A DNA stretch of 23,806 nt from Escherichia coli (GCA_025544715.1 GCA_025544715.1_4109.5), one strand, 5' to 3'; shown: positions 13,227 through 22,071, counted from the stretch's first letter. Numbers and translations are program-made. The notes: generated from the sequence alone by a model not told the origin.

Positions 13227-13434
13227 ACATGGGCTTATAGTAATGGATGTAATCAACATCGAATACAAAAAGTTGATACGCTACCGTTGTTATGAAGATA
13301 AGCAACTAGTTCTAGCAGAACAGAAGTTGTTTCGACTCTTAAACACAAACTACCAAGCACAATACGAAGAATCGTATATGTACCTTTTGGCGAGGAAAGC
13401 AAAAAGAGATTATGAAAATTTTAAGCAAAGGTGA
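13204..13434 (+). CDS. family-1 paralog 20
   Basis: RLLNTNYQAQY motif; first 24 nt identical to paralog 8 (ATGAAACACTTGACAGACGATGAA). Confidence 0.65.
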   Translation: MKHLTDDEHGLIVMDVINIEYKKLIRYRCYEDKQLVLAEQKLFRLLNTNYQAQYEESYMYLLARKAKRDYENFKQR

Positions 13435-13639
13435 TTCAGTAATATTACTTATAGAGAGTTCAAGTCAATTCTTAAACATATCACTGTCTGATATAGATGA
13501 AGATGATAAAGAAGTACTGAGAGCAGATTTAAGAGTACTGTTACATCTCGGAACAAACCTACAAGAAAGATATGTAGAGTACTACATTGATGAACTTAAA
13601 GAATCAGTACTGAGAAAATGCAAATGCAAATGCGAATGA
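13412..13639 (+). CDS. family-1 paralog 21
   Basis: HLGTNLQERYV motif; C-terminus KCKCKCE encoded by AAATGC hexamer repeat. Confidence 0.65.
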   Translation: MKILSKGDSVILLIESSSQFLNISLSDIDEDDKEVLRADLRVLLHLGTNLQERYVEYYIDELKESVLRKCKCKCE

Positions 13640-13851
13640 TTACCGACGAAGAATACCTAACAATCATAAATGGACTGTTTTTGAAGCTCTTCGTCATTAA
13701 CACATCAGATATACCAGATATGGATAAAATTATTAAGAGAAATGAAATCTATGTTCTAGCTACCCTGGGAACTAACTATCAAGAATACGATATTAATGAT
13801 TATATTAAGACACTTAAACGAGCGATTGAACTAAAATGCCAAAACCACTAG
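13618..13851 (+). CDS. family-1 paralog 22
   Basis: ATLGTNYQEYDI motif; start may be ATG 13636 (ATGA overlap). Confidence 0.6.
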   Translation: MQMQMRMITDEEYLTIINGLFLKLFVINTSDIPDMDKIIKRNEIYVLATLGTNYQEYDINDYIKTLKRAIELKCQNH

Positions 13852-14051
13852 GAACAGCAGAATACATTGAACTCATGGGATTACACTTCTCATCCTTTCA
13901 GAAACTTATGCGAGAATCAAAGAATGATTTAGAATATACCATCAGAGGTTCAGATTTAAGAATGCTTCTCACCCTAGACACAGATTCCCAAGAGCGATTT
14001 GTCAATGAGCACATTAGAGCACTTTTAATGGAAATTCAAAGTAAACTATGA
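13836..14051 (+). CDS. family-1 paralog 23
   Basis: TLDTDSQERFV motif. Confidence 0.65.
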   Translation: MPKPLGTAEYIELMGLHFSSFQKLMRESKNDLEYTIRGSDLRMLLTLDTDSQERFVNEHIRALLMEIQSKL

Positions 14052-14263
14052 AGGTAATATCAAACCAAGAGTACTTGGCACTATTCAGAAAGAATAATCA
14101 TAAATTTATGGCACTTGATACAAGAACTGATATAGGGGAACTTGAAAAAAATCTTTTGCGTTCAGAGATGATAGTACTGACACTCTTAGGAACACAGCAT
14201 CAAGAAAGAACTGTTAATTCACACATAGAAATACTTAAGAAGCTTATACAGGAAAAGTTATGA
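14048..14263 (+). CDS. family-1 paralog 24
   Basis: ATGA overlap; TLLGTQHQERTV motif. Confidence 0.7.
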   Translation: MKVISNQEYLALFRKNNHKFMALDTRTDIGELEKNLLRSEMIVLTLLGTQHQERTVNSHIEILKKLIQEKL

Positions 14264-14481
14264 GAATCATAACACAACAAGATATGTTTAAGTTCACAAG
14301 GGATTATGCATCTGAATTTGATGCTATATTATCAAAAAGTTACAATGACCCTTATACAGAAGATGTACACTACAATGAATTATGGATGTATATACTTTTA
14401 GGTACAAATAAGCAAGAGCAAGCAGTACAGAAGTATTTGACAGCCTTAAGTACTGCTACTGCTAATGGAGTATGTGTTTAA
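14260..14481 (+). CDS. family-1 paralog 25
   Basis: ATGA overlap; ILLGTNKQEQAV motif. Confidence 0.7.
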   Translation: MRIITQQDMFKFTRDYASEFDAILSKSYNDPYTEDVHYNELWMYILLGTNKQEQAVQKYLTALSTATANGVCV

Positions 14482-14725
14482 AATGCTAGTACTGACAGAA
14501 TTAGAAATGGCAATGAGGTTTAATAGATTCAGACATTTACTTAAACCTATACAGAGGATTAAGTGCCCATTTGTAGTGAAACAGGTATTAATTTATGAGC
14601 ATAAGTTATTTGTATCATTAGGTACGAATGAACAAGAGTATTATTTGAAGTTGTACTTAATTACATTAATAGATTTAATTCACTATAAAACCAAACAAGC
14701 TAATAAAGAGAAATATGAAAACTAA
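14465..14725 (+). CDS. family-1 paralog 26
   Basis: VSLGTNEQEYYL motif; alternative start ATG 14483. Confidence 0.6.
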   Translation: MEYVFKMLVLTELEMAMRFNRFRHLLKPIQRIKCPFVVKQVLIYEHKLFVSLGTNEQEYYLKLYLITLIDLIHYKTKQANKEKYEN

Positions 14726-15059
14726 TATACAACTCAAGGTATATAAATCATTTGAACATACATATATCAAAAGTAGTCTATGTAGAGATGTAATGGATTA
14801 CAAGGGTAAGCCATTCACAATTACCTATGATTCTTATGTTAGTGATTTATATATATCATTTGTTAATTACGAAAATAAAATATACAAGCACGTTGATATT
14901 AAAGATTTAAGTACTTTATCACCAGAGGAATACTTTCAGGAATCATTAGTATGGGATTTAGAGTTTCCTATGCCATTAGTACATAAGATGATAGTACTAA
15001 TGAAAGAATCTAAACAGGAGCCTAATAGTGCTTATGAAGAACACATTATTGAGTATTAA
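14715..15059 (+). CDS. family-2 paralog (acidic-FQ motif protein, 114 aa)
   Basis: SPEEYFQESLVWDLEF motif; overlaps end of last family-1 gene. Confidence 0.65.
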   Translation: MKTNIQLKVYKSFEHTYIKSSLCRDVMDYKGKPFTITYDSYVSDLYISFVNYENKIYKHVDIKDLSTLSPEEYFQESLVWDLEFPMPLVHKMIVLMKESKQEPNSAYEEHIIEY

Positions 15060-15082
15060 GAGTACTGATAGTACAAATGTTC

Positions 15083-15111
15083 TTGACTGTACTTTTCATT
15101 ACTGATATAGT
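15083..15111 (+). promoter_or_regulatory. candidate sigma70-type promoter
   Basis: TTGACT (15083-15088), 17-nt spacer, TATAGT (15106-15111). Confidence 0.5.
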
Positions 15112-15140
15112 GCACCAACGTTAATCATAGGGTACAGATT

Positions 15141-15386
15141 ATGTTAAAATTTTTAAATTTCCTTATCGTCTTGTGTATTGTTCTTGGAATTGCACCGTTT
15201 GTATTAGCGTATCTGGATTCAGATGAAATGCAGAAGATGAATTGTACAAAGACAGGACAGAGTAGAGAAGAGACGGTTATGATACCCGTAACGGTTATTG
15301 TTAATAACATACCAATTACGAACATGATTCCTACCCTAACGACAACGTACCAGTACTCTTGTACAGATGGAGAGAGATGGAGATGA
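15141..15386 (+). CDS. small membrane or secreted protein (81 aa)
   Basis: hydrophobic N-terminus MLKFLNFLIVLCIVLGIAPFVLAYL; stop overlaps next start (ATGA). Confidence 0.5.
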   Translation: MLKFLNFLIVLCIVLGIAPFVLAYLDSDEMQKMNCTKTGQSREETVMIPVTVIVNNIPITNMIPTLTTTYQYSCTDGERWR

Positions 15387-15703
15387 AATTTAATATAGCA
15401 AAAACATCGAATGTATGTATATTTGGTTATGCAGATGAGTTAGGTGATCTTGACATTCTTTTGTACAAAAAGGATGGTGTTATGCATTTCAAGTACCAGG
15501 ATGAAGAGGCAGACAATTATCCTTTACCTAATTTAGTACAAATGCAGGAAGATGAATTATTCCAGTACAGCTTAGTATATGACATTGATATTTGCACGAT
15601 GCCAGTACTAATTAATATTCAAAAAGTGATGCTCGATGTGTTTGATAGGCTAATACAAGGCACACAAGGAAGAACCATATATGTCAATGTACAAGACAAT
15701 TAA
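15383..15703 (+). CDS. family-2 paralog (106 aa)
   Basis: ORF-track start 15359 is TTG; ATG 15383 overlaps upstream stop; QEDELFQYSLVYDIDI motif. Confidence 0.6.
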   Translation: MKFNIAKTSNVCIFGYADELGDLDILLYKKDGVMHFKYQDEEADNYPLPNLVQMQEDELFQYSLVYDIDICTMPVLINIQKVMLDVFDRLIQGTQGRTIYVNVQDN

Positions 15704-15745
15704 TCAAGAACATAAAACCTAAAATACAGGGAGTACAGAGAACGT

Positions 15746-16012
15746 ATGCAAAACACAAGGTATTATAAAAAAGTAAACCAATATTTGTACGCATCGAAGT
15801 ACAGGGATTTTTGTTTAAAGGGTGGTGATGAAGATTTTTCTTTGCGATTATCAGAATTTAATCTGTTATTTTATCTTGGTACATCGGAACAAGAAGAAAT
15901 GGCACAGAAATTTATCAAGCACCTTGAACAAAAAATTCATATGCAAATTTTGATGCTTAAGGTACATAATGAGATAAACAAATATGAATCCAACAATAGT
16001 ACAGGATCTTAA
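15746..16012 (+). CDS. family-1 paralog, dispersed copy (88 aa)
   Basis: LFYLGTSEQEEMAQKFIKHLEQKIH matches family-1 C-terminal block although located inside the family-2 zone. Confidence 0.6.
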   Translation: MQNTRYYKKVNQYLYASKYRDFCLKGGDEDFSLRLSEFNLLFYLGTSEQEEMAQKFIKHLEQKIHMQILMLKVHNEINKYESNNSTGS

Positions 16013-16373
16013 ACAAGTAATATTCCTTTTGAATACAAGAAGTTCCTTGTATACAGAGTTAAAAGATATTAATGCATTTTATCAGAATTTTGTAATTCAA
16101 GAGTTCAGTGATTTAATTACAGATGCATTATTTGAATTATCGGAAAAATACAAAGGAAAAGAGTTCAGTGTTAAGAATGTATTACGTCCTTTATCAAAGC
16201 GTATAATAAAATTAGATTGTTTCGAATTTGACAATAAAGATTTATTCGGTCATAATCTAAGTACAGCTTTATATTTTATTCCTGATTCAGACAAAAATCA
16301 TCCTATTCATTACGGATGGATTTTGTCTTACATAGAACAAGGAAAGGAGTATCCTATTAAATGGAACGATTAG
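15984..16373 (+). CDS. hypothetical protein (129 aa), possible degenerate family-2 member
   Basis: long ORF on coding strand; weak NAFYQNFVIQEF resemblance to the FQ motif. Confidence 0.5.
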   Translation: MNPTIVQDLKQVIFLLNTRSSLYTELKDINAFYQNFVIQEFSDLITDALFELSEKYKGKEFSVKNVLRPLSKRIIKLDCFEFDNKDLFGHNLSTALYFIPDSDKNHPIHYGWILSYIEQGKEYPIKWND

Positions 16374-16521
16374 GGCGATTAGATTATTACACAATTAATA
16401 CAAATTATTTGTTGAGTAATATAAAATCCGATTACAAAATATGGATAAAGAACAGAGATAGTATGTGTTATGAATTTTATTTAGATTATGCCATCAAACG
16501 ATTTTTAAGAGAAGAACATTA

Positions 16522-16722
16522 ATGCACACACCGCACAAAGAGCACACAAAGCACAAAAATACAAAAACGATAAATGTTTTAAATGATTCTTTATTGGTGA
16601 GTATAAATTTATATTATAAAATTCATTTAAATGGTGGTATTGAAAATTTTAGTTATTATTTGAGTGCAATATCGCAAGAGCATTTAATATACCAAGATCA
16701 TTTATTGCACCCGAATCCATAA
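16522..16722 (+). CDS. doubtful small ORF (66 aa)
   Basis: no convincing RBS; begins in CA-rich low-complexity DNA; kept only because it is on the coding strand of a 350-bp gap. Confidence 0.25.
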   Translation: MHTPHKEHTKHKNTKTINVLNDSLLVSINLYYKIHLNGGIENFSYYLSAISQEHLIYQDHLLHPNP

Positions 16723-16730
16723 GGCGAATT

Positions 16731-17276
16731 ATGAATGAGATAGAATTATTAGCACACAAGATTAGTACAATAATGCTTATCCTCAATAACAACCATCCTA
16801 TATCGCAGATAGATGGAATCCTGAGTCAGAGGACAGGTGGTAGTTTATATTTGACATTAACAGAGGTTATCGCAAGGAATTACATTGATATTGAAATCGA
16901 GAACAGTGATGCATCAGGAAAGGTTGATGTAGGTGCATTAATCAGTTCAAATCCAGTATCAGCATCACCATTGACACGAAATGTAAGTACAGGATTCGAA
17001 GGGTATTTGTGGTACAATACCAATGATGATTATTTTATATATCAGCATTCAAATACAAATTATGATGAAGACAAATTTAAGTTCATAGACCCTTATGATG
17101 AAGCTGAAGTATTTCAAAAATCATTAATCACAAAACCGCATGAGATGATGTATCTAATGTTATTCAGTACAATGCATTTGAATCCATTAATTAAAGGTTT
17201 AAAATTTTATATTCAATTGAATTTAGTCCATGTAGTTTATGATTTATTAATGCAAGGATATAGTTATGAAGTATAA
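16731..17276 (+). CDS. family-2 paralog, long form (181 aa)
   Basis: DEAEVFQKSLI motif; C-terminus ...VYDLLMQGYSYEV parallels C-terminus of 17887-18462. Confidence 0.65.
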   Translation: MNEIELLAHKISTIMLILNNNHPISQIDGILSQRTGGSLYLTLTEVIARNYIDIEIENSDASGKVDVGALISSNPVSASPLTRNVSTGFEGYLWYNTNDDYFIYQHSNTNYDEDKFKFIDPYDEAEVFQKSLITKPHEMMYLMLFSTMHLNPLIKGLKFYIQLNLVHVVYDLLMQGYSYEV

Positions 17277-17577
17277 AATGCTTTATACATTAACATTAAT
17301 ATATGTAGAATTAGAATCCGATTCAGATGCATGGAATTTAGTTAAAGAGGTCGATACAAATCAATGGTACATGGCAAATTTAGACGCACAGGTTGTTACG
17401 GATTATTTTATAGATTTTAATACATTATCTGAAGAAGAATTTTTCCAAATGCAATTGGTGGTTGACATGTACGGGCATGACATGGTAACATTACGAAATA
17501 TACAGAAAGCCGTTAATGAAATCCAAAGCAAGAAAGATTATGAGGTAGGAGCGTATTATGACATCGACGTACAATGA
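17266..17577 (+). CDS. family-2 paralog (103 aa)
   Basis: LSEEEFFQMQLVVD motif; close paralog of next gene. Confidence 0.7.
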   Translation: MKYKMLYTLTLIYVELESDSDAWNLVKEVDTNQWYMANLDAQVVTDYFIDFNTLSEEEFFQMQLVVDMYGHDMVTLRNIQKAVNEIQSKKDYEVGAYYDIDVQ

Positions 17578-17588
17578 GTACAATAGTT

Positions 17589-17906
17589 ATGAAGTATAAA
17601 ATGCTTAATACAGTATCAGGGATATATGTAGAATTAGAATCCGATTATTCAGATGGATGGAATTTTATTAAACGCCACGATATAAATACATGGTACATGG
17701 CACATTTGGATAATGACGTAATAATAGATAATTTTGTCGATTTTAATACATTATCAGAAGAAGAATTTTTCCAAATGCAATTTGTGCTTGATACAAATGG
17801 ATTTGATTTGCTATTATTAAGGAATATTCAGAAAGCGGTTAATGAATTCATAATCCAAAATAATTCAGGTAAAATGGGGATGTTCCATGATCTGGAAGTA
17901 CAATGA
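17589..17906 (+). CDS. family-2 paralog (105 aa)
   Basis: start placed at ATG 17589, homologous to the start of 17266; LSEEEFFQMQFVLD motif. Confidence 0.65.
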   Translation: MKYKMLNTVSGIYVELESDYSDGWNFIKRHDINTWYMAHLDNDVIIDNFVDFNTLSEEEFFQMQFVLDTNGFDLLLLRNIQKAVNEFIIQNNSGKMGMFHDLEVQ

Positions 17907-18462
17907 AAGCAACGATTACAATGAAATTCAGTACACCTACGCTAATGCAATCCTTATGGGACAAAAATTAGCTTGTATTGTTGCAGCCTTATATAATGCA
18001 CAGAAAGATTACAAGCGTCATATCCACAAATGTATTGGTATTATTCCATCTAAGTACAATACATATATTGCGTGCACGAGTCATTTTGATAAACGATTCA
18101 ATACACCTGATACCCCAAATGCCAGTAGTGTTATTGGTCTTTTGGATTTCGCACCTGGTGCTGTTATTGGAAAGAATGATTTAGAGTACGCATGGTATAA
18201 TAAAAATTCCCCATTAGTAATGGTAAAATATGATACAGAAACGAACAAAACAATAGAGTACAATACATATAAATCAGAGGAAGAATTTTTCCAAGGTTCA
18301 TTGCTTGTGCCAGTGCGTTTGTTGTTTTATAATGTCCTTATTAGTACAGTACACAATAGTCCATTACACAAGAATCACAAAATTAATTTCAATTTTTGTG
18401 CTTATGCGATTGATGGTGTGTATGAGTGTTTAATGGAGGTATTGAGTTATGAAGCTGAATAA
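17887..18462 (+). CDS. family-2 paralog, long form (191 aa)
   Basis: SEEEFFQGSLLV motif; C-terminus ...VYECLMEVLSYEAE. Confidence 0.65.
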   Translation: MIWKYNESNDYNEIQYTYANAILMGQKLACIVAALYNAQKDYKRHIHKCIGIIPSKYNTYIACTSHFDKRFNTPDTPNASSVIGLLDFAPGAVIGKNDLEYAWYNKNSPLVMVKYDTETNKTIEYNTYKSEEEFFQGSLLVPVRLLFYNVLISTVHNSPLHKNHKINFNFCAYAIDGVYECLMEVLSYEAE

Positions 18463-18790
18463 TACATTTGATATTAATAAGTTAAGAGAATGGTTTTATA
18501 GTATTGAAATTGAAGCCATCCCGTATCATAGATATGAACAATATAATTTAACCAGTATTGATATCCGTGAGTTGTACGCGTATTATCAAAGTGCATTAGA
18601 GATGCATAAGTTATTTTTGAGTACAGATTTTGTTCTAAATTACAATTTTGAGGAATTTAATAATTATAATTTAGTACAGAAATATGTAGTAGCAAAGTAC
18701 ATGTACCTTCAAGGAATTACAAGTACCGTGGAATTCAATACAGTCCTTGCTTTAGTTGAGGTAATTTTATGCAGTACATGTATGATTTAG
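18449..18790 (+). CDS. hypothetical protein (113 aa), possible degenerate family-2 member
   Basis: ATG overlapping upstream gene end; ELYAYYQSALEMH weakly motif-like. Confidence 0.55.
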   Translation: MKLNNTFDINKLREWFYSIEIEAIPYHRYEQYNLTSIDIRELYAYYQSALEMHKLFLSTDFVLNYNFEEFNNYNLVQKYVVAKYMYLQGITSTVEFNTVLALVEVILCSTCMI

Positions 18791-19275
18791 AGTTCAGTTT
18801 AGATGCAGCATTTAAATATGTTCACAAGATAGAAACAATATACAGTACATTATGTGCAATACAATCAGTATCATCTGAGTTTGATGTTGGTGAAAAATAT
18901 CAGGTATGGAATAATACATTTCTAAACAAAGAACGTTGCTCTACGGGGTTTAATATTTTAACATTTAATCCCAGCAATTGTTACCCAGAGAAGCATGAAC
19001 GTTATCCGAATGACGACATGTGGTTTGATTACACAAAAGATGGTGATATGTCATCCCTTGTAGTTCCTGATGATTTTAATGCCGAAGATTTAACGAAAGA
19101 GTGGTGGTTTCAACAGAATTTAGTACACGATGATATTGATTTATTTTTTTATGTAGTATTTAAAATGCTTTACCACAACAATATATTAAAAGATAGTGTG
19201 TTTTTTTCATGTCTATATATTGATGATTTGTACAATGAAATCCAAATCAACATGCCCATAACGCCTGTATCGTAA
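18769..19275 (+). CDS. family-2 paralog (168 aa)
   Basis: TKEWWFQQNLVHDDIDL motif. Confidence 0.65.
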   Translation: MQYMYDLEFSLDAAFKYVHKIETIYSTLCAIQSVSSEFDVGEKYQVWNNTFLNKERCSTGFNILTFNPSNCYPEKHERYPNDDMWFDYTKDGDMSSLVVPDDFNAEDLTKEWWFQQNLVHDDIDLFFYVVFKMLYHNNILKDSVFFSCLYIDDLYNEIQINMPITPVS

Positions 19276-19290
19276 GATATGGGCTTTTTT
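19255..19290 (+). terminator. possible terminator (CCCATA / TATGGG stem plus T-run)
   Basis: 6-bp stem with large 17-nt loop followed by CTTTTTTCGTTTT; large loop lowers confidence. Confidence 0.35.
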
Positions 19291-19300
19291 CGTTTTGGTA

Positions 19301-19329
19301 TTGACAAAGAAGTGCAAAGCTGTTATCAT
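19301..19329 (+). promoter_or_regulatory. sigma70-type promoter
   Basis: TTGACA (19301-19306), 17-nt spacer, TATCAT (19324-19329). Confidence 0.6.
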
Positions 19330-19357
19330 GTGTAATCATTTTAAAGGAGAACATATA

Positions 19358-19870
19358 GTGAGTTTCATAATCCCAAGTACATACGAAGATGCATCAAGTG
19401 CAGTTCATAAGATTCATTATATTTTTAATTTAATTATTAGATCTGCAAAAATTAAAATGTATGCACCTCTTGTGACAAATAATCGAAATGAAGAAATTTT
19501 TATTAGCACAGACAAAATTATTTTTCCATATTTCAATGAAGATAGATTGTGGTTCATACATTTAGCTGCATTACAAAAATATAAGATGTCAATTCGTAAT
19601 AATTTGGTTATACCGTTATATCATCCCGATATTGGAGAGGATGAATATTTTCAGTACAGCACAGTACACCGCCATGAAGATATCTTTGCTGCTATGCTTA
19701 TTGCTAAATTGAACACCGTTGATTTGGAGCAGTACAAATACAATAATAAATCATGTAAGATCATAATCCCTGCATTCATAGCTCTTTATGATTATGTGGT
19801 GCATAACAAAAAAGATGATACATATGCTTTCAATGAAGAGTATTTGGATTTTTTTAAGGAGAACATATGA
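19358..19870 (+). CDS. family-2 paralog (170 aa), GTG start
   Basis: ORF-track start 19295 is TTG inside the promoter; GTG 19358 lies 8 nt after AAGGAG; GEDEYFQYSTVH motif. Confidence 0.55.
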   Translation: MSFIIPSTYEDASSAVHKIHYIFNLIIRSAKIKMYAPLVTNNRNEEIFISTDKIIFPYFNEDRLWFIHLAALQKYKMSIRNNLVIPLYHPDIGEDEYFQYSTVHRHEDIFAAMLIAKLNTVDLEQYKYNNKSCKIIIPAFIALYDYVVHNKKDDTYAFNEEYLDFFKENI

Positions 19871-20394
19871 GCAGTGAAGTAGAGAAAGCAATGACATTCA
19901 ATGAAATTGGTACATTTAAAGATAAGATCATTGATTGTCTTGAATACATGATTTGTAGTAATATCGAGAGTATTGAGATATTTAACAAGAGAAATCGCTC
20001 TTATCATATGATGTACATTGCAAACAATAATGGTATCCTTCCATTTATTTCGGATAGTACAATATGGTACGCATGTGATACGAAAAAATACACAGTAGGT
20101 TCACATGTATTTGAGACACATTATGATCTAATTATTCCTGAGCATTGTATGCAAGAAGAAGAATATTTTCAAATGCAATGTGTACATGCACCATTAGTGT
20201 TGTTTAGTTTATATATTGTACCTTATATCACCAAATGTGTTCATGAGAATAAAGCTCCGTGGAATCATGAATTTGTATCATTGAAGTTATTGTATAATGT
20301 ATTAGCAGAATATTATGATTACAGGCACAATGGTACAATCAGCGATGTATGGGATTTCGAAAATTTAAGGGTGAAAACATACACAGGGGCATAA
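19867..20394 (+). CDS. family-2 paralog (175 aa)
   Basis: ATGA overlap; QEEEYFQMQCVH motif. Confidence 0.7.
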   Translation: MSSEVEKAMTFNEIGTFKDKIIDCLEYMICSNIESIEIFNKRNRSYHMMYIANNNGILPFISDSTIWYACDTKKYTVGSHVFETHYDLIIPEHCMQEEEYFQMQCVHAPLVLFSLYIVPYITKCVHENKAPWNHEFVSLKLLYNVLAEYYDYRHNGTISDVWDFENLRVKTYTGA

Positions 20395-20395
20395 C

Positions 20396-21010
20396 ATGAG
20401 CAGAATGAAAATGAATGATTTGATGCAGTACAGTAAAATTGCTATTCCAGTGCTTAATAAAGTGCTGGATGCATTCATTGCCAAATACCCTGAGAATTCA
20501 GTGTTATGTATTCCATTTAGTGTTCCAGATAAAGATGATATATTCCAAGTGAATGTCAGTACACGTGGTATTACATTACAGCAGAAATACATGGATACGG
20601 AATATTATGGAATAAAGTTGGATTCAGTACAGGGTTCAAAATCAGCCTATGATTTTTTTGTTCCTAATAATATAGAGTCATGGGAAACAAACATTTCAAA
20701 GAAAGATGAAAATGATGTTCCTATTAGTGGTGTGTTCAACAATAAAGTTTTTTATTATTACGAAACCGACAAATTCCCTGAAGAGTTATATTATAATTCA
20801 GAAATGAATGAAGATGTAGATGCATTCATGTTTCAATTATCGTTAGTACATGATATCATTGATGTTCAAGAGTTAAGAGCAGAAATCAATTTAGCTAAAG
20901 AATTATCGGACATGCTGCCACCGTTTAGTATGCTTTTTTGTGAAGGAGGTTATTTTTCAAAAGAAGTGTTTGAACATTTCGTAGATGTTGTAAAAGGGTT
21001 GGATATATAG
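20396..21010 (+). CDS. family-2 paralog (204 aa)
   Basis: EDVDAFMFQLSLVHDIIDV motif. Confidence 0.65.
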   Translation: MSRMKMNDLMQYSKIAIPVLNKVLDAFIAKYPENSVLCIPFSVPDKDDIFQVNVSTRGITLQQKYMDTEYYGIKLDSVQGSKSAYDFFVPNNIESWETNISKKDENDVPISGVFNNKVFYYYETDKFPEELYYNSEMNEDVDAFMFQLSLVHDIIDVQELRAEINLAKELSDMLPPFSMLFCEGGYFSKEVFEHFVDVVKGLDI

Positions 21011-21011
21011 T

Positions 21012-21206
21012 ATGCTTATAGTTGATATTAAACAAAAATACCGTAAGTTTGATTGGTTCACCGACAGTTTCCAGCTTGAATTATTACATTTGAATATCTG
21101 TGAAACATTATGTGCAGAAACACAAGATGAATTAGATGATAGAGTGATGAACATAGTAATGCTTTCTTGCTTTAAACATTTTGGTTATTTTTTCGGACAG
21201 AATTGA
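21012..21206 (+). CDS. hypothetical protein (64 aa), possible degenerate family-2 member
   Basis: FTDSFQLELLHLNI weakly motif-like; tightly packed between neighbours. Confidence 0.5.
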   Translation: MLIVDIKQKYRKFDWFTDSFQLELLHLNICETLCAETQDELDDRVMNIVMLSCFKHFGYFFGQN

Positions 21207-21214
21207 GGTATAAA

Positions 21215-21730
21215 ATGCATCAACACAAGCATCATTCATATGATTTTGCAATTAACATCATGAAGTTCATTCGAGCGTTGGAGGATGGTAAGCTTAGTCA
21301 TAAGTACAGGGAAGAGGGTAACAATTGGTTCAGAAATGATTCCGAGTTCAGTTGTCATAAAATCGTGTATAGTAATCATTACAGGGCCAATTACCTACAA
21401 GATGTAGTGATGTGTTTTGAATATGTGTTGCAGTTCAGGGGTTCAATCCAAGATGAGTTGATGGAGAACATGTACATCCGATACCTTCCAATGCTCAAAG
21501 ATGAAAATGTAGCATTCAATTCGATATACCAACGAGTTCGTGAAATAGAGTGCAGGGATATATTAGATACAGAAGAATCGTATTTCCAGCAATCCCTGAT
21601 TTATGCACCTGATTTATTACAGGTACATAATTTGTTTAATACATTACGTCAGAACATCAGTACAGACATATTTTTGTCATTATCGGATTATGATACATTT
21701 GTCAAAGATTTAGAGGAAATAGGTTTATGA
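21215..21730 (+). CDS. family-2 paralog (171 aa)
   Basis: ORF-track start 21203 is TTG; ATG 21215 follows GAGG; TEESYFQQSLIYAPDLL motif. Confidence 0.65.
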   Translation: MHQHKHHSYDFAINIMKFIRALEDGKLSHKYREEGNNWFRNDSEFSCHKIVYSNHYRANYLQDVVMCFEYVLQFRGSIQDELMENMYIRYLPMLKDENVAFNSIYQRVREIECRDILDTEESYFQQSLIYAPDLLQVHNLFNTLRQNISTDIFLSLSDYDTFVKDLEEIGL

Positions 21731-22071
21731 GTAGGTTTTCAGTTTATATAGTAAACGTCAGTAAAGATGGTAGTTTAATTGAATTTGATGTAGTTGATAA
21801 CAATGATAATTCATATGGTATTAAGGTACAAGACAATGATGTACAGTTCAGTACAAGGACAAATTTTGAGAATCCAGTCCAAGTTCCGAATTTCATAGAA
21901 GATGAAGCTGCACGATTCCAATACGAAACGGCATATGACAATGTACATATGCATATTATTATGCAAACGAGTTTAGTTCAATTAGTTCCTTTGTTCAGAC
22001 AAAATATATATGTACATGAAGTGTCGATTAATGGCATTCAAAGTTCCGTTTTGTTCGGTACAAATATGTAA
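21727..22071 (+). CDS. family-2 paralog (114 aa)
   Basis: ATGA overlap; EDEAARFQYETAYDNV motif. Confidence 0.65.
   Translation: MSRFSVYIVNVSKDGSLIEFDVVDNNDNSYGIKVQDNDVQFSTRTNFENPVQVPNFIEDEAARFQYETAYDNVHMHIIMQTSLVQLVPLFRQNIYVHEVSINGIQSSVLFGTNM

Noticed and set aside
8942-14725. CRISPR array, considered because of the regular 213-bp periodicity
   Set aside because: The units are divergent protein-coding paralogs, not short identical repeats separated by unique spacers.
6484-21214. ORF-track starts at 6484, 11745, 12014, 15359, 19295 and 21203
   Set aside because: These are TTG codons without an RBS (some inside promoters); an in-frame ATG or GTG with a Shine-Dalgarno sequence lies downstream in each case.
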